This document shows, piece by piece, positions 33,448 through 42,280 of a stretch of 64,000 bases of DNA. Below the pieces are notes generated by a model, which ran no database searches, had not been told where the DNA came from, and worked only from the letters and a program-made list of their open reading frames with translations. The DNA is from a bacterium (lineage in GTDB: Bacteria > Acidobacteriota > Thermoanaerobaculia > Thermoanaerobaculales > Sulfomarinibacteraceae). Position numbers and translations under genes: made by a program. Each line of letters opens with the position of its first letter. Position 1 is the stretch's first letter. The stretch spans positions 6,120-70,119 of the forward strand of contig JAAESQ010000884.1 of assembly GCA_024229275.1 (NCBI GenBank), given 5' to 3'.

Positions 33448-35557
33448 CACTAATACCTTCCTGCCCGTTCGTGGGTGCTCCCTGCTGTTGTTGCTGTTCG
33501 GCTGCTTCGGCGGCTTCCTCCTCGTCCGTCTGGAGGTCGAGGTGTTCGCGGAGCCTGATTCGATCAGCTTCATCGACCTTGTCCCACTGGAAGCTGACCG
33601 ACATCGACCGCTTGATTTCCGGCTCGGGCGGCGGAGGCGGTTGCGGCACCCATTCCGGAATCTGATGGCGTCGTCCCATCGCGATCAGCATTTCGTCCCT
33701 AGCGCGCTCAATCCTCAGCACGTCTGGCCGGTTCATGGCTATGTCCATGAGCACCTGCGCTTGCTGTTGGCGATCCTGTGAGTCGTCAGCCAGGGTGGAG
33801 CCGGCTTCGACATTGATCTCGCCCTCTACCTGAAAGTGGATGGGCTCAACCTGCGCCCAGATCTCCTTCCACCTCTCCTCCTCGTAGGCGTAGGTGCGGT
33901 TGTACTGGTTCATCTCGAATGAGAATCCATCCGCGAGCTCGGAGCGGTTCAGCAGCCACATGATCTCGGCGTCCTCAATGACGGCACTTTGCACGAACAT
34001 GTCCTGGAGGTCTTTGGTGAGGACGTCGAGCTGCTGGGCGGTATAGCGCACGCCAGCGGCTGTACGGGTTTGCGATGGGTCCACTCCAGCGGTGGCGCTC
34101 ATCGAATTCTCACCAGTGAACATGAAGTACTGGTGCAGCATCGACTGATCCTCGGCAAGCCCGGCTTGGGCGGCGGCCAGCGCTGACATCTCCCCCTGCT
34201 GCCAGACCTGACTCGGATCACGGAGATACATCATCCGGAACCCGTGCTTCCGCTTGATGGCATCCGGGTTCGCGAGCAGTTCCCTGCTGGAAGTGGCCAC
34301 CAAGGGCCGAAGCAGATTCTTGATTAGGTCTGTCCGGTAGCCGAGCTGGTCTTGATGGACCTTGTGCAGCCCGCGCATAATGCGCGGGATAGAGTCCCCG
34401 ATGCCGGATACGATGTCATCGATGAGGACGCAATCGGTGATGGCCATGCGCCCGTTGAGGTCGTAAGGGTAGGGGATCTTTCCGATGTAGACGTTGTCGA
34501 CGGCGTACTCGATGAAAGCCTCGCGGCCGGGGACGTGGCGCGCGGTGACGAGCCACTGCCCATGCGCCGCCTGCTTCGGCTGGACTTCGCTCGCATCGAA
34601 GTTGGTTGAGCGATCGATGGTCCCGAGCATGTTCTTGAACAGCTCCTGATCATCCTCGTCGCTGTTCTGGTCCCACCGCCGACCCATACCCTTGGGATGG
34701 GCTTCCATCACATCTTCGACGCCAGACTTGGTTTGCGGGTAGTCCCGCGCCAGGCGCCGGAGCCATTCGAACCCGCGGAATTTGTTGGTGATGAACCAGT
34801 CGCTTTCCTTGATGCTCTGGAAGTGCGGCTCGGGATAGCAGTCGCCGATGAAGCAGAAGTCGGCCTTCGGCCCTTCATAGGAGCGGTAGTCGTAGCGGAT
34901 CGGCAGCAGCCCACCCCGGCCGTTCTTGTCCAGCAGATTGGTGAGGAGCATCTGGAGCGTCTCGATGTCGCCCTGCTGCAGGAAATTGCCAAGAGTCCCC
35001 GGCTCCATTTCGTAGGTCGTCTCAATCTGCCGCAATGTATCGGGGCTCTGAATGGCTTGGCCGATATCGACGCGCTTCGAGCGGGGCCACACTTCTACCG
35101 CCCAATGCCACAGCCGCGGAGACCAACCGAACAGCACGGCCTGAAGCGCGTGCTTCTTCTGTATCCGCTGCATTCGGGAACGATCCCACTGGAACATCTG
35201 GGTCCGGCCGATCAGCTCGCCAACCGAGACTTGCTGTCCGTCCGGCTTCGTCTGAATCTCGATTGACTCAGAGGACCGGAAACGGAAATTCGGGATCTGC
35301 GCGGTGACCCGGGCGACTGTCCGGCGTGCGGACGAGAAAGTCATCGGGCTGCCGAGGGAGGTCAGGTCCTCGTCCACCTTGCCGTCCTGGTCCAGTTTGA
35401 GTTCCGGCTCGGCTTTGTAGTTTTTGTACGCCTGCTCCCACTGGGGATAGAGGCCGTCGCGGAGCCAGTCGCGCGAGAGCCGCTTCAGCGCCTGCATGTG
35501 GGCGGCGGCTTCGGAGCGCTGCCCTTCGGTGAGATCGCCGCTGATGTCCTCAGCCAT
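33428..35557 (-). CDS. portal protein (putative)
   Basis: 709 aa between the terminase and the scaffold. Its size and synteny fit a portal. Acidic/Q-rich C-terminus. Confidence 0.65.
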   Translation of the reverse strand: MAEDISGDLTEGQRSEAAAHMQALKRLSRDWLRDGLYPQWEQAYKNYKAEPELKLDQDGKVDEDLTSLGSPMTFSSARRTVARVTAQIPNFRFRSSESIEIQTKPDGQQVSVGELIGRTQMFQWDRSRMQRIQKKHALQAVLFGWSPRLWHWAVEVWPRSKRVDIGQAIQSPDTLRQIETTYEMEPGTLGNFLQQGDIETLQMLLTNLLDKNGRGGLLPIRYDYRSYEGPKADFCFIGDCYPEPHFQSIKESDWFITNKFRGFEWLRRLARDYPQTKSGVEDVMEAHPKGMGRRWDQNSDEDDQELFKNMLGTIDRSTNFDASEVQPKQAAHGQWLVTARHVPGREAFIEYAVDNVYIGKIPYPYDLNGRMAITDCVLIDDIVSGIGDSIPRIMRGLHKVHQDQLGYRTDLIKNLLRPLVATSSRELLANPDAIKRKHGFRMMYLRDPSQVWQQGEMSALAAAQAGLAEDQSMLHQYFMFTGENSMSATAGVDPSQTRTAAGVRYTAQQLDVLTKDLQDMFVQSAVIEDAEIMWLLNRSELADGFSFEMNQYNRTYAYEEERWKEIWAQVEPIHFQVEGEINVEAGSTLADDSQDRQQQAQVLMDIAMNRPDVLRIERARDEMLIAMGRRHQIPEWVPQPPPPPEPEIKRSMSVSFQWDKVDEADRIRLREHLDLQTDEEEAAEAAEQQQQQGAPTNGQEGISGEQLPV

Positions 35558-35685
35558 ATGTCATCGCCAAGTTCTCGCGAAGACGTAGAAATGCAGCAGC
35601 CGCTGTCGCCACTGACGTCCTCGCGTAAGCTGCCAGAGCTTCTTGGCCGCAGGGAACAATGACCGCCGCCTGAGCGGAACGATCA

Positions 35686-36096
35686 TCAGACTGCAGCCCA
35701 GGTGCCTTTCTCTGAAAAGACGGCCCATGCGGTAGCCGAACGTCCAACGAGCACCAAACTGGCTTCTCCGTTGGATGTCTCGTCGGTAGCATTCTGATAC
35801 GCTCCGGCCGCGGACCCTCCTGCGATGGAAACGCCAGCTGGCGCCTGCAGCACGAGGTCGTTATTCGGCTCAATCTTGAAGAACGTGAAATACGCCCCCG
35901 CCTTGGGCGCTGGCAGCGTGAACGTAACCGAGCCGCTGGAGCCTTCGTTAGAAAACGCCTTGGCCGTGTCCAGAATGTCTGGGATGGTATAGGCGGCGGT
36001 TTTGGCGGCGACGCCATCCGCGCCATTGATCAAAGAACCGAAATCGGCGCGTTCGTAACCGTCGGCGCATTGCATATCACGAACATACGTTGCCAT
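35686..36096 (-). CDS. hypothetical beta-rich protein (136 aa)
   Basis: ORF track. It lies between the terminase and the portal. Its start abuts the terminase stop. Confidence 0.5.
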   Translation of the reverse strand: MATYVRDMQCADGYERADFGSLINGADGVAAKTAAYTIPDILDTAKAFSNEGSSGSVTFTLPAPKAGAYFTFFKIEPNNDLVLQAPAGVSIAGGSAAGAYQNATDETSNGEASLVLVGRSATAWAVFSEKGTWAAV

Positions 36097-37068
36097 TTAA
36101 TTGGCCCTCCTTGAAGTCATCGAACTGATGTAGCGCGGCTCCGCAGTGAGCAGATACCGCAAGTTGTCGATCATGTGGCGGCGAGCTTTGACGCCGCGCT
36201 GCCAGAGTTCCTCGTCCTGGAGTGAACCGGCCTTGCGCCCCTTGTAGCGATGCCGGCGCATCTCAAGCCGCAGTTCGTGGACGTTACTGGAAAAGTGAAG
36301 CCGCGGCCATTGCCCGAACTGGTTGTGGTGGCGGGGCTCAAGCGCTTCGTGGACAGCATCGTAGCCGGCGCGGTGCCGCTTCACCGGGTCCGCGCACTCG
36401 ATACCGAACTGCGCGAACGTATCGGCGATCGACTGCTGAGAGTCCTCATCCTTGGTGGCGATGAACCCCTTGCCGGCTTGATCCATATACCGCTCGACGA
36501 TCTTCTCTCCGCCGTTCATGGCGTAGAGGCCGTAGCAGTCCGGCGTATTCGGGTTCTGCCAGTCGATTCGGTTGCCTTCGTACCAGGCGATCGCCCCGCA
36601 GTAATCCTTGTAGTTGAACTTGGTTTCGTCGTCGCCGTCACGCGGGGTCTTGGTCTGAGCGTAGAAGTTCGACGGCCACATCTCGCGGTAGACGTACATG
36701 TCTTCCCACTGATCGACGCCGAGCCAGAGCACTGCGGTCGGTGTCCGCGGGTGCGGATCGATCGAGCAGTACATGGTCATCTCGCGTGGGATGGCCTCAT
36801 GGGGAATGACGTGGATCGACTCGTCGTACTCAGGAAAGACCAGCGAGCCGGTCAGCGCGTAGTGATCAAGGTCGATTTCCTGGCGAAAGAAAGCGTCCGA
36901 GAGGAATTGTTTTCGCTTCTCTGTGCGCCACTCCTCGGATCGCTTGTCGGGATCGGCGGTAGCGTGGACACGGAGAACGGCGTGGCCCTCGGGAGTGACG
37001 CAGAACAGCATTCCGGTGCCTGGGCGGCGGATACTGGGATCGGCGTTGAGCGCCGCTATATTAGGCAT
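36097..37068 (-). CDS. terL: large terminase, C-terminal part (ATPase lid plus RNase-H-like nuclease)
   Basis: 323 aa. Nuclease Asp motifs are MYCSIDPHP, YMDQAGKG and MIDNLRYLL. It starts 13 nt before the stop of the ATPase ORF, in another frame. Confidence 0.75.
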   Translation of the reverse strand: MPNIAALNADPSIRRPGTGMLFCVTPEGHAVLRVHATADPDKRSEEWRTEKRKQFLSDAFFRQEIDLDHYALTGSLVFPEYDESIHVIPHEAIPREMTMYCSIDPHPRTPTAVLWLGVDQWEDMYVYREMWPSNFYAQTKTPRDGDDETKFNYKDYCGAIAWYEGNRIDWQNPNTPDCYGLYAMNGGEKIVERYMDQAGKGFIATKDEDSQQSIADTFAQFGIECADPVKRHRAGYDAVHEALEPRHHNQFGQWPRLHFSSNVHELRLEMRRHRYKGRKAGSLQDEELWQRGVKARRHMIDNLRYLLTAEPRYISSMTSRRAN

Positions 37069-37844
37069 TCCACCTCATCCAGTCCCATGAGCTGTCGCAA
37101 TTCCTCGTCTTGCTCATCCTCGGCGTCATACTCTTCCGGCCAGCTCGTCGGCACTGCGGACATATCCATATCCGCGAACGGGCCGGGGTTCGGGCTCGAT
37201 AGCGCAATGATGTGCAGGCAATCGCAGCCGACCGCCGTGTTGTACGCCTGGTCGAATTCGTCGTAGTGCGCCGCCTCGTCGCAGACATAGATGGTCGGGT
37301 GCTCGGATCGGATCTTGGCGGGGTTGCCGGTCAGCGCCAGCCAGCGGGCCCGGTTGCGGAGGGTGAATTCGTGTTCCGGCTGCCTGTCCGGATCCTTGTC
37401 GACCGGCCAGCGCGCCTTCAGTTCCGGAAGCGAATTCTTCCACATCTCCTTCACGTAGCGCACGTCGTGAATCGCCCTCTCCTCGTCGGCAGACTGGAAG
37501 ATGGTGGACGTGCCGGCGTGATTGAAACCGAAGTGGGCCGTCCAGGCGGAGACGCTCCAGGAGCACATCATCGTGCGCGACTTCGGGATAAGCTTGACTT
37601 TTAGAGGGCATCGGTCAAGATAGTTCAGAATCGTCCGCAGGTATGTCTTCGCTGGGAACGGCTTGTACGGGTTCATTGGATCCTGCTCGTCCAGCGTCTT
37701 GGTCCCCCGCACCATCCAGTAGAACTTGTCCCTCAAGCAGCGCCGGACTACCAACTCCCGCTCGATCCGCTCCATTTCCTGGACGGCTTGATTGAGCGCG
37801 AATGTATTTACCCGCGGTGCGCTGGAGCTTGGTGTAGCGCTCAA
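37056..37844 (-). CDS. terL: large terminase, N-terminal ATPase part
   Basis: 262 aa. Deviant Walker A LIPKSRTMMCSWS, Walker B IYVCDEAAHY, coupling motif IIALSSPNPG, and an acidic tail. TTG start at 37844 is preceded by GGAGGAG. Confidence 0.75.
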   Translation of the reverse strand: MSATPSSSAPRVNTFALNQAVQEMERIERELVVRRCLRDKFYWMVRGTKTLDEQDPMNPYKPFPAKTYLRTILNYLDRCPLKVKLIPKSRTMMCSWSVSAWTAHFGFNHAGTSTIFQSADEERAIHDVRYVKEMWKNSLPELKARWPVDKDPDRQPEHEFTLRNRARWLALTGNPAKIRSEHPTIYVCDEAAHYDEFDQAYNTAVGCDCLHIIALSSPNPGPFADMDMSAVPTSWPEEYDAEDEQDEELRQLMGLDEVECLI

Positions 37845-38424
37845 ATAACTCCTCCACTGGAGCCTGGGTGATCAGCAACTGCCCGTCGATTTCCAATTTG
37901 TCCGGCTTGGTGGCGCCCCAGACTTTGAGGAACATTGCCACCGCCGCGTTGATGGCGGCGTTGTCTGGGGTTTCGAGCCAGATGATGTCGCCGCCGGTCC
38001 CTTTGCAGGCGGCGCACGGCCGCGTTTTGCGGTCTTCCTTCCCTGTTTTCTGAAGTTTGCGCCGTCCGGTCCCATTGCACTTGTCGCAGTCGCGTCTGAT
38101 CCGGCCCTGATGGTCGGTAAGGGGCCGCTTCTTCGTCGCTTCGAGTTGCTTGCCCAGCACTGTCAGTACGTGCTGCAGGCTGAGCCCCAGCGCGGTAGCG
38201 ACAGCTTCCGCCTCGGTGGCGACGGTATTCTGGATCTGGCGAACCTGCTCGAACTCGTGGTCGGCGACGATGACCTCGATCTCGGTGACTTTCCGCTTCC
38301 ATTTCTTTGAGGCTTTGTGGAGCCATGACCGATACTGCGTCTGATTGGTTGGCAGAGCTTCGCGGAAGTCCTGGTAGATCTCCCAACCAATATTGGCGTC
38401 CGAGAGTTCGTGGCCGAATTTCAC
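37615..38424 (-). CDS. small-terminase-position protein with DnaJ-type CxxCxGxG zinc finger
   Basis: 269 aa immediately upstream of terL. Motifs CDKCNGTG and CAACKGTG. The last ~75 codons overlap terL and look low-complexity. The function is inferred from position only. Confidence 0.4.
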   Translation of the reverse strand: MKFGHELSDANIGWEIYQDFREALPTNQTQYRSWLHKASKKWKRKVTEIEVIVADHEFEQVRQIQNTVATEAEAVATALGLSLQHVLTVLGKQLEATKKRPLTDHQGRIRRDCDKCNGTGRRKLQKTGKEDRKTRPCAACKGTGGDIIWLETPDNAAINAAVAMFLKVWGATKPDKLEIDGQLLITQAPVEELFERYTKLQRTAGKYIRAQSSRPGNGADRAGVGSPALLEGQVLLDGAGDQDAGRAGSNEPVQAVPSEDIPADDSELS

Positions 38425-38816
38425 AATGCAACGTACTGTTGTCCGACGGGGAAGTGATCGCCGACGGTGGCCTCGCCTTTGTCGTCAAGGGAATAGGGGG
38501 CGGCGTAGGTGACGCCGTCCTTGGAGAAGATGACCGTGTCGTCATCGATCTCGCGGGGCCAGGGCGATGACGCAGGCTCCTTGCCGTCCTTGCTCTCCTT
38601 TTGGAATCTGCCCCTCAGCACTTTCGAAATGGCCTCTTCCTTGTTGTGCTCGCTCTGCTTCGTCTTCATGACGACGCTGCCCGACTTCGGTTTGCGTGCC
38701 GGCCTGTGCTCCCGCTGGAACTGTTGCGAGACGCTTTCGCGGGCGAGCGGGTGATTCGGTCCGGTGACGTAACCGGTGCGCTTGAAGCGCTCACGGACGG
38801 TTTCGCGTCTGGTCAC
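38421..38816 (-). CDS. hypothetical basic protein (131 aa)
   Basis: ORF track. ATGA-type overlap with both neighbours. Confidence 0.5.
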   Translation of the reverse strand: MTRRETVRERFKRTGYVTGPNHPLARESVSQQFQREHRPARKPKSGSVVMKTKQSEHNKEEAISKVLRGRFQKESKDGKEPASSPWPREIDDDTVIFSKDGVTYAAPYSLDDKGEATVGDHFPVGQQYVAL

Positions 38817-39097
38817 GAGGTTGTCCTCCGTCTCTGGCGCGGTGGCGGCTTCGGAGCAGCCGGTTTCGGGGCGGGCGCCGGCGGTGGCGGAGGCGCCGGG
38901 GTCGGCTCAAACGGCCCGGTCTCTTCCTCCTGGAGCACGAGACGGTACTCGCCATTCGAGTGCGGGCACTGGGAATTGGTACAGCGAAGCAGCTCTGGCT
39001 GCCCGACCACGGCATCCATGATGAAGCCGCATTCACACGTTACCTTAGATTCTTTGAGGTTTGGGGTGAAGCTTGTCATAGTAAACTCCTCATTCAA
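38813..39097 (-). CDS. zinc-ribbon protein with poly-Pro/basic tail (94 aa)
   Basis: CECG..(15)..CTNSQCPH cysteines, then PPPPPAPAPKPAAPKPPPRQRRR. Confidence 0.5.
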   Translation of the reverse strand: MNEEFTMTSFTPNLKESKVTCECGFIMDAVVGQPELLRCTNSQCPHSNGEYRLVLQEEETGPFEPTPAPPPPPAPAPKPAAPKPPPRQRRRTTS

Positions 39098-39843
39098 ACC
39101 GTGAAGTTGTTGACCGGAACTGGGGCCGGCTGGGGTCTGTAGGGCTGGATTTGCTGCTGCCCGCCGGCGAAGCCGCCGCCCATGCGCTGTCGGAGCATCT
39201 GCATCATCCGCTGGATCATCTGGGGATTGGCCGCAAAAGGATTGCCCTGCCCGCCGCCGAATCCACCACTCGCGAACGGCGGGGACTGGCCCGGGAACGG
39301 CTGACCCGTCGCCGGATTGATGGTGTTCTGGGTCGGCTGTATTGGTGTTGGCAATTGCGCCTGCCCTTCTGTGCCCGCCGGTACCGGAGGCGGTGCTGCT
39401 GGCGTTCTAGCCATCAACCGAGGCTGGTTGACGCTCCGGAAGCCTCCCGGCGGTGGCCGGAACATGCCAGATCTCATGCGTTGCTCTCGTAGACTTCTTG
39501 CTTCCGCCATGGCGGCATCGCGCTTCTCCGGGGTGTCTATGACTCCTGGAGCGCCGCCAGGCCCATATTGGCCCTTCAATCCCTCCATCAGCGTCGGGCT
39601 TCGGCCCATCACTGGAGCCGGTGCGCCGCCCATGCCTTGGAGCGCCTGCATGATGTCGCCAAAGCGACCTCTCTGGCCAAGTCCGAAGAAGCCGCCTCTG
39701 CCACCTCCGCGCCCGATGCGCCGTGGTGCTGGTCGGCGTGCCATGGCTTGGGTGCCTTGTGGGGCTGGCGTCCGGCCCATGAGCCGATCCATGGTCGCTG
39801 ACCCAGGTGTCTGTCTGCGGGGAACTGCTGCAAATCCTGCCAT
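39094..39843 (-). CDS. intrinsically disordered G/P/Q/R/M-rich protein (249 aa)
   Basis: RGG-like IGRGGGRGGFFGLGQRGRFG. The remainder is P/Q/G/M-rich (GGFGGGQGNPFAANPQMIQRMMQMLRQRMGGGFAGGQQQ). No globular region is evident. Confidence 0.5.
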   Translation of the reverse strand: MAGFAAVPRRQTPGSATMDRLMGRTPAPQGTQAMARRPAPRRIGRGGGRGGFFGLGQRGRFGDIMQALQGMGGAPAPVMGRSPTLMEGLKGQYGPGGAPGVIDTPEKRDAAMAEARSLREQRMRSGMFRPPPGGFRSVNQPRLMARTPAAPPPVPAGTEGQAQLPTPIQPTQNTINPATGQPFPGQSPPFASGGFGGGQGNPFAANPQMIQRMMQMLRQRMGGGFAGGQQQIQPYRPQPAPVPVNNFTV

Positions 39844-39844
39844 G

Positions 39845-40018
39845 TCAGTGTCTCCTCAGCGAGCCGACACGGGGGTGGTGCCGGCCTTTTTTCTTGTTGA
39901 TGGTGCGGTAGAAGACTTCCTCGCCCCGTTCACCGTAGGTATTGGCCATGCCCCGTTTGGCTTTGGCCGCGGAGCCTTTCTCGCCGCCGAAGTAGCGGTT
40001 GTACTTGGAGATAGGCAT
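39845..40018 (-). CDS. small basic protein (57 aa)
   Basis: Not listed as such in the ORF track. ATG 40018 overlaps the TGA of the upstream ORF (TGATG). The protein begins MPISKYNRYFGGEKGSAAKAKRGMANTYGERGEEVFY. Confidence 0.4.
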   Translation of the reverse strand: MPISKYNRYFGGEKGSAAKAKRGMANTYGERGEEVFYRTINKKKGRHHPRVGSLRRH

Positions 40019-40503
40019 CAGCTTATTGGGTAGATACCAGCATCCTTTGGCCGAAAGACCTTCAGCGACATAGAAGTTGCTGCAGCCCGAGACAATACGA
40101 AGCCCCTGCCTGTGTGTGTCGAATTCTCGATGATCTTGTGGCTGCGGCTCGCCTCTTGTAGTTGCTTCTTGCTGAAGACAAAGACGATGTCGTGGTTCCC
40201 GATGATGTAAAGCCAGCCATTGTCGTTTCTGAATATTCCGGAGTCGATCCAATGCTCATTCTCTGGATGAGACTTCTCTTGGACTTCGATGAATACATTG
40301 CGCGTCTCGGCTAGTAGGCGATCGAACTTGATTTCAAAACCGGCACGGTTCTCTCCCTTGTCGTCCTGGTAGAGTTTGCTCTTATACGGGACGATGGCAA
40401 TGCCATGAGCACAGAGAAGTTCGGTAACAAAATCCTCATATTCCGCGCCCTGTTCTAGTTTGCGTGCGTAGTACTCGTCGTAGTCGGAGCTTGGTTGCCC
40501 CAT
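40018..40503 (-). CDS. possible PD-(D/E)xK-type nuclease-like protein (161 aa)
   Basis: DDKGENRAGFEIKFD ... VFIEVQEK resembles D..ExK nuclease motifs. It is directly downstream of, and overlaps, the methyltransferase gene. The assignment is tentative. Confidence 0.35.
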   Translation of the reverse strand: MGQPSSDYDEYYARKLEQGAEYEDFVTELLCAHGIAIVPYKSKLYQDDKGENRAGFEIKFDRLLAETRNVFIEVQEKSHPENEHWIDSGIFRNDNGWLYIIGNHDIVFVFSKKQLQEASRSHKIIENSTHTGRGFVLSRAAATSMSLKVFRPKDAGIYPIS

Positions 40504-41531
40504 GTATCCCAGCCCTCGGGTGCTTCTCTGGCAAACACTTCGATCCGGTTGCCATTCGGATACAGCTTGTCTATCAACTCTCGGAAGTAAGCCGGTTTCT
40601 CGGAATGCTTGTGGGTACGCTGAATAGAGACAACGCTGTCGTGGAGTTCCTTCACGTCAGGCAGGCAGCTTCCCTTGGTGGCGATGAGCAGGTACTCGTG
40701 GCGCACTGAGACGTAGTTGCCATAATTGTGACGAACCTTGTCCCACACCATCGACGCCTTATACTCGAAGCCCCAAGCTTCGATGACTTGGATGGCGTCT
40801 GGTAGCATTGGCGATGTCGTCCAGAGGAACAGGACGGAATCCTCGGCTGACGCTTCGATGATCTGCTGCGCAAGCGGTGGTTTCGTCTCATCGCCGCCTT
40901 GCCCAACACGGCACAGTTCTGAGGTGCTCATCGTGCCATAGTGCCGCTCAGCGTGTCCGTAGTCATCAAGCCCTTTACTGCCGTACTCCCAAGGCGGATC
41001 GGCGTAGAGGACTCGATAAATGCCGTCAATGGGCTCCGGCGTCTCTACGTTGGCGTGCGCCAGCATTCGGTGGACCTCACTGATGGTTTTGCGGTTCTCG
41101 CGGATCTCTTCATGAAGCGGCGGGTGGTCATTTAGGAGATCGCAAAGCCAGACACACTCCACTGCTTCGTTCTTCGTCAACCCCAGCTCGGCCAGCGTGG
41201 GCGCGGTCTGTTCTAGCGGTTCCTGTCGGGTACCACCAGAAGCGTCCCGCCCCTTGAGTTGCCCTCTGGTGCCCTCGTTCTTGTCTGCGTCCTTCCAGAA
41301 GGCTCCGAGCGTCGTCCGGCCGTCGATCTTGACTGCGTGGGCGAAGTTGATGGCCTCTATCCCCATCCGCTGTCTTTTGGCATACTCCTCAGCAGCGTAG
41401 GCCATATCTGCCACTTTCTTGGCGTCGCCGATCGTCTTGACTTCGGAAAGAAGCTGCAGGGCCTTCTCTAACTTCTGCTGAAGTTCGTTGCTCTGCGGCT
41501 TGAACTCAATCACCGACTGTGCTGCTGGCAC
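40455..41531 (-). CDS. MT-A70 family N6-adenine DNA methyltransferase with N-terminal helical domain
   Basis: Catalytic motif YADPPWEY and downstream VLFLWTT, EAWGF, HSEKP. Start taken at GTG 41531, after AAAGGAA. The ORF-track version (to 41732) adds a junk-like Arg/Ser-rich 67 aa. Confidence 0.8.
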   Translation of the reverse strand: MPAAQSVIEFKPQSNELQQKLEKALQLLSEVKTIGDAKKVADMAYAAEEYAKRQRMGIEAINFAHAVKIDGRTTLGAFWKDADKNEGTRGQLKGRDASGGTRQEPLEQTAPTLAELGLTKNEAVECVWLCDLLNDHPPLHEEIRENRKTISEVHRMLAHANVETPEPIDGIYRVLYADPPWEYGSKGLDDYGHAERHYGTMSTSELCRVGQGGDETKPPLAQQIIEASAEDSVLFLWTTSPMLPDAIQVIEAWGFEYKASMVWDKVRHNYGNYVSVRHEYLLIATKGSCLPDVKELHDSVVSIQRTHKHSEKPAYFRELIDKLYPNGNRIEVFAREAPEGWDTWGNQAPTTTSTTHAN

Positions 41532-41565
41532 GTCAATATTCCTTTTGGTTGTTGACAATAGGCAT

Positions 41566-42036
41566 CTATACCTCCAGCGGAGCCTTATGATTGGCCCCAA
41601 TCTCCGAGATGACCGGTCTGTCGGTCGTCGTCGTTGGCCCCGCCGGAGGCAACCTGGGCCCATTGACATGGGCGTTGACCTGGAACTGTGTAAGGGAGCC
41701 ATGCTGGGCGGCGCAGACGGCCTGATCCGCACGCTGGAGCCAGCGCAGGCCTTTGGCGCGTCTGCGGGAGATGTAGTTTTTGCTCAATGGGACAGAGAGC
41801 CCGGCGCGGATCGCCCGTTGCGCAACCATGATGGGGACGAGCAGCAACAGGGAACGAAGCTTGGTGTGATGCCGATTGAAGTCGGCATCGACCATGCTCT
41901 GCTCGACCAATGGGCGCACTTCTTTCGCCGGGGCCGTAAAGAGGAGCAATCTAGAATCCCTGCAACGAACAGGGATTTTGACCGCTGGATTCTCGAAAAG
42001 GTAATTCAGGATGGCCGTGCGTAGGATTGCCTGCAT
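41566..42036 (-). CDS. hypothetical protein (156 aa)
   Basis: ORF track. It may be the first gene of the long minus-strand transcription unit. No family recognised. Confidence 0.4.
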   Translation of the reverse strand: MQAILRTAILNYLFENPAVKIPVRCRDSRLLLFTAPAKEVRPLVEQSMVDADFNRHHTKLRSLLLLVPIMVAQRAIRAGLSVPLSKNYISRRRAKGLRWLQRADQAVCAAQHGSLTQFQVNAHVNGPRLPPAGPTTTTDRPVISEIGANHKAPLEV

Positions 42037-42280
42037 CGACGCCGGGTTGGGAATGGCGCTTTACTGGACCAGAAGCCCTCTGGCGGAGGCGAAGCGGCCG
42101 GGGCCGCTGTGTCAGTACGCACACACAGTTTGGCACAGCCCGAACAGCAATTGCAAGTGCTTGTTTCCGATAGGCTTACCGACGATACCGTGCAATCGCC
42201 GTGAGATTCGTAGCACGATCAGCATACGTTCCACGTGAAACTTGCTACGGAAGTCGGTGAAATCTGGTAGGATACGGGGC

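Noticed and set aside
37841-38545. 234-aa ORF ending exactly at the terL start
   Set aside because: The translation is an Arg/Ser/Pro-rich off-frame reading of the small-terminase-position gene. I kept it only as a hint of a possible frame problem near 37850 (see findings).
40455-41732. The full 425-aa ORF-track version of the methyltransferase
   Set aside because: The first 67 codons (MRIRPSAPPSMAPLHSSRS...) look like non-coding read-through and overlap ORF 41566..42036. An in-frame GTG at 41531 with AAAGGAA upstream gives a sensible N-terminus.
42011-42238. 75-aa plus-strand ORF in the 42.0-42.28 kb gap
   Set aside because: It has no SD, an odd composition, and spans a region better explained as promoter/operator DNA for the flanking divergent genes.
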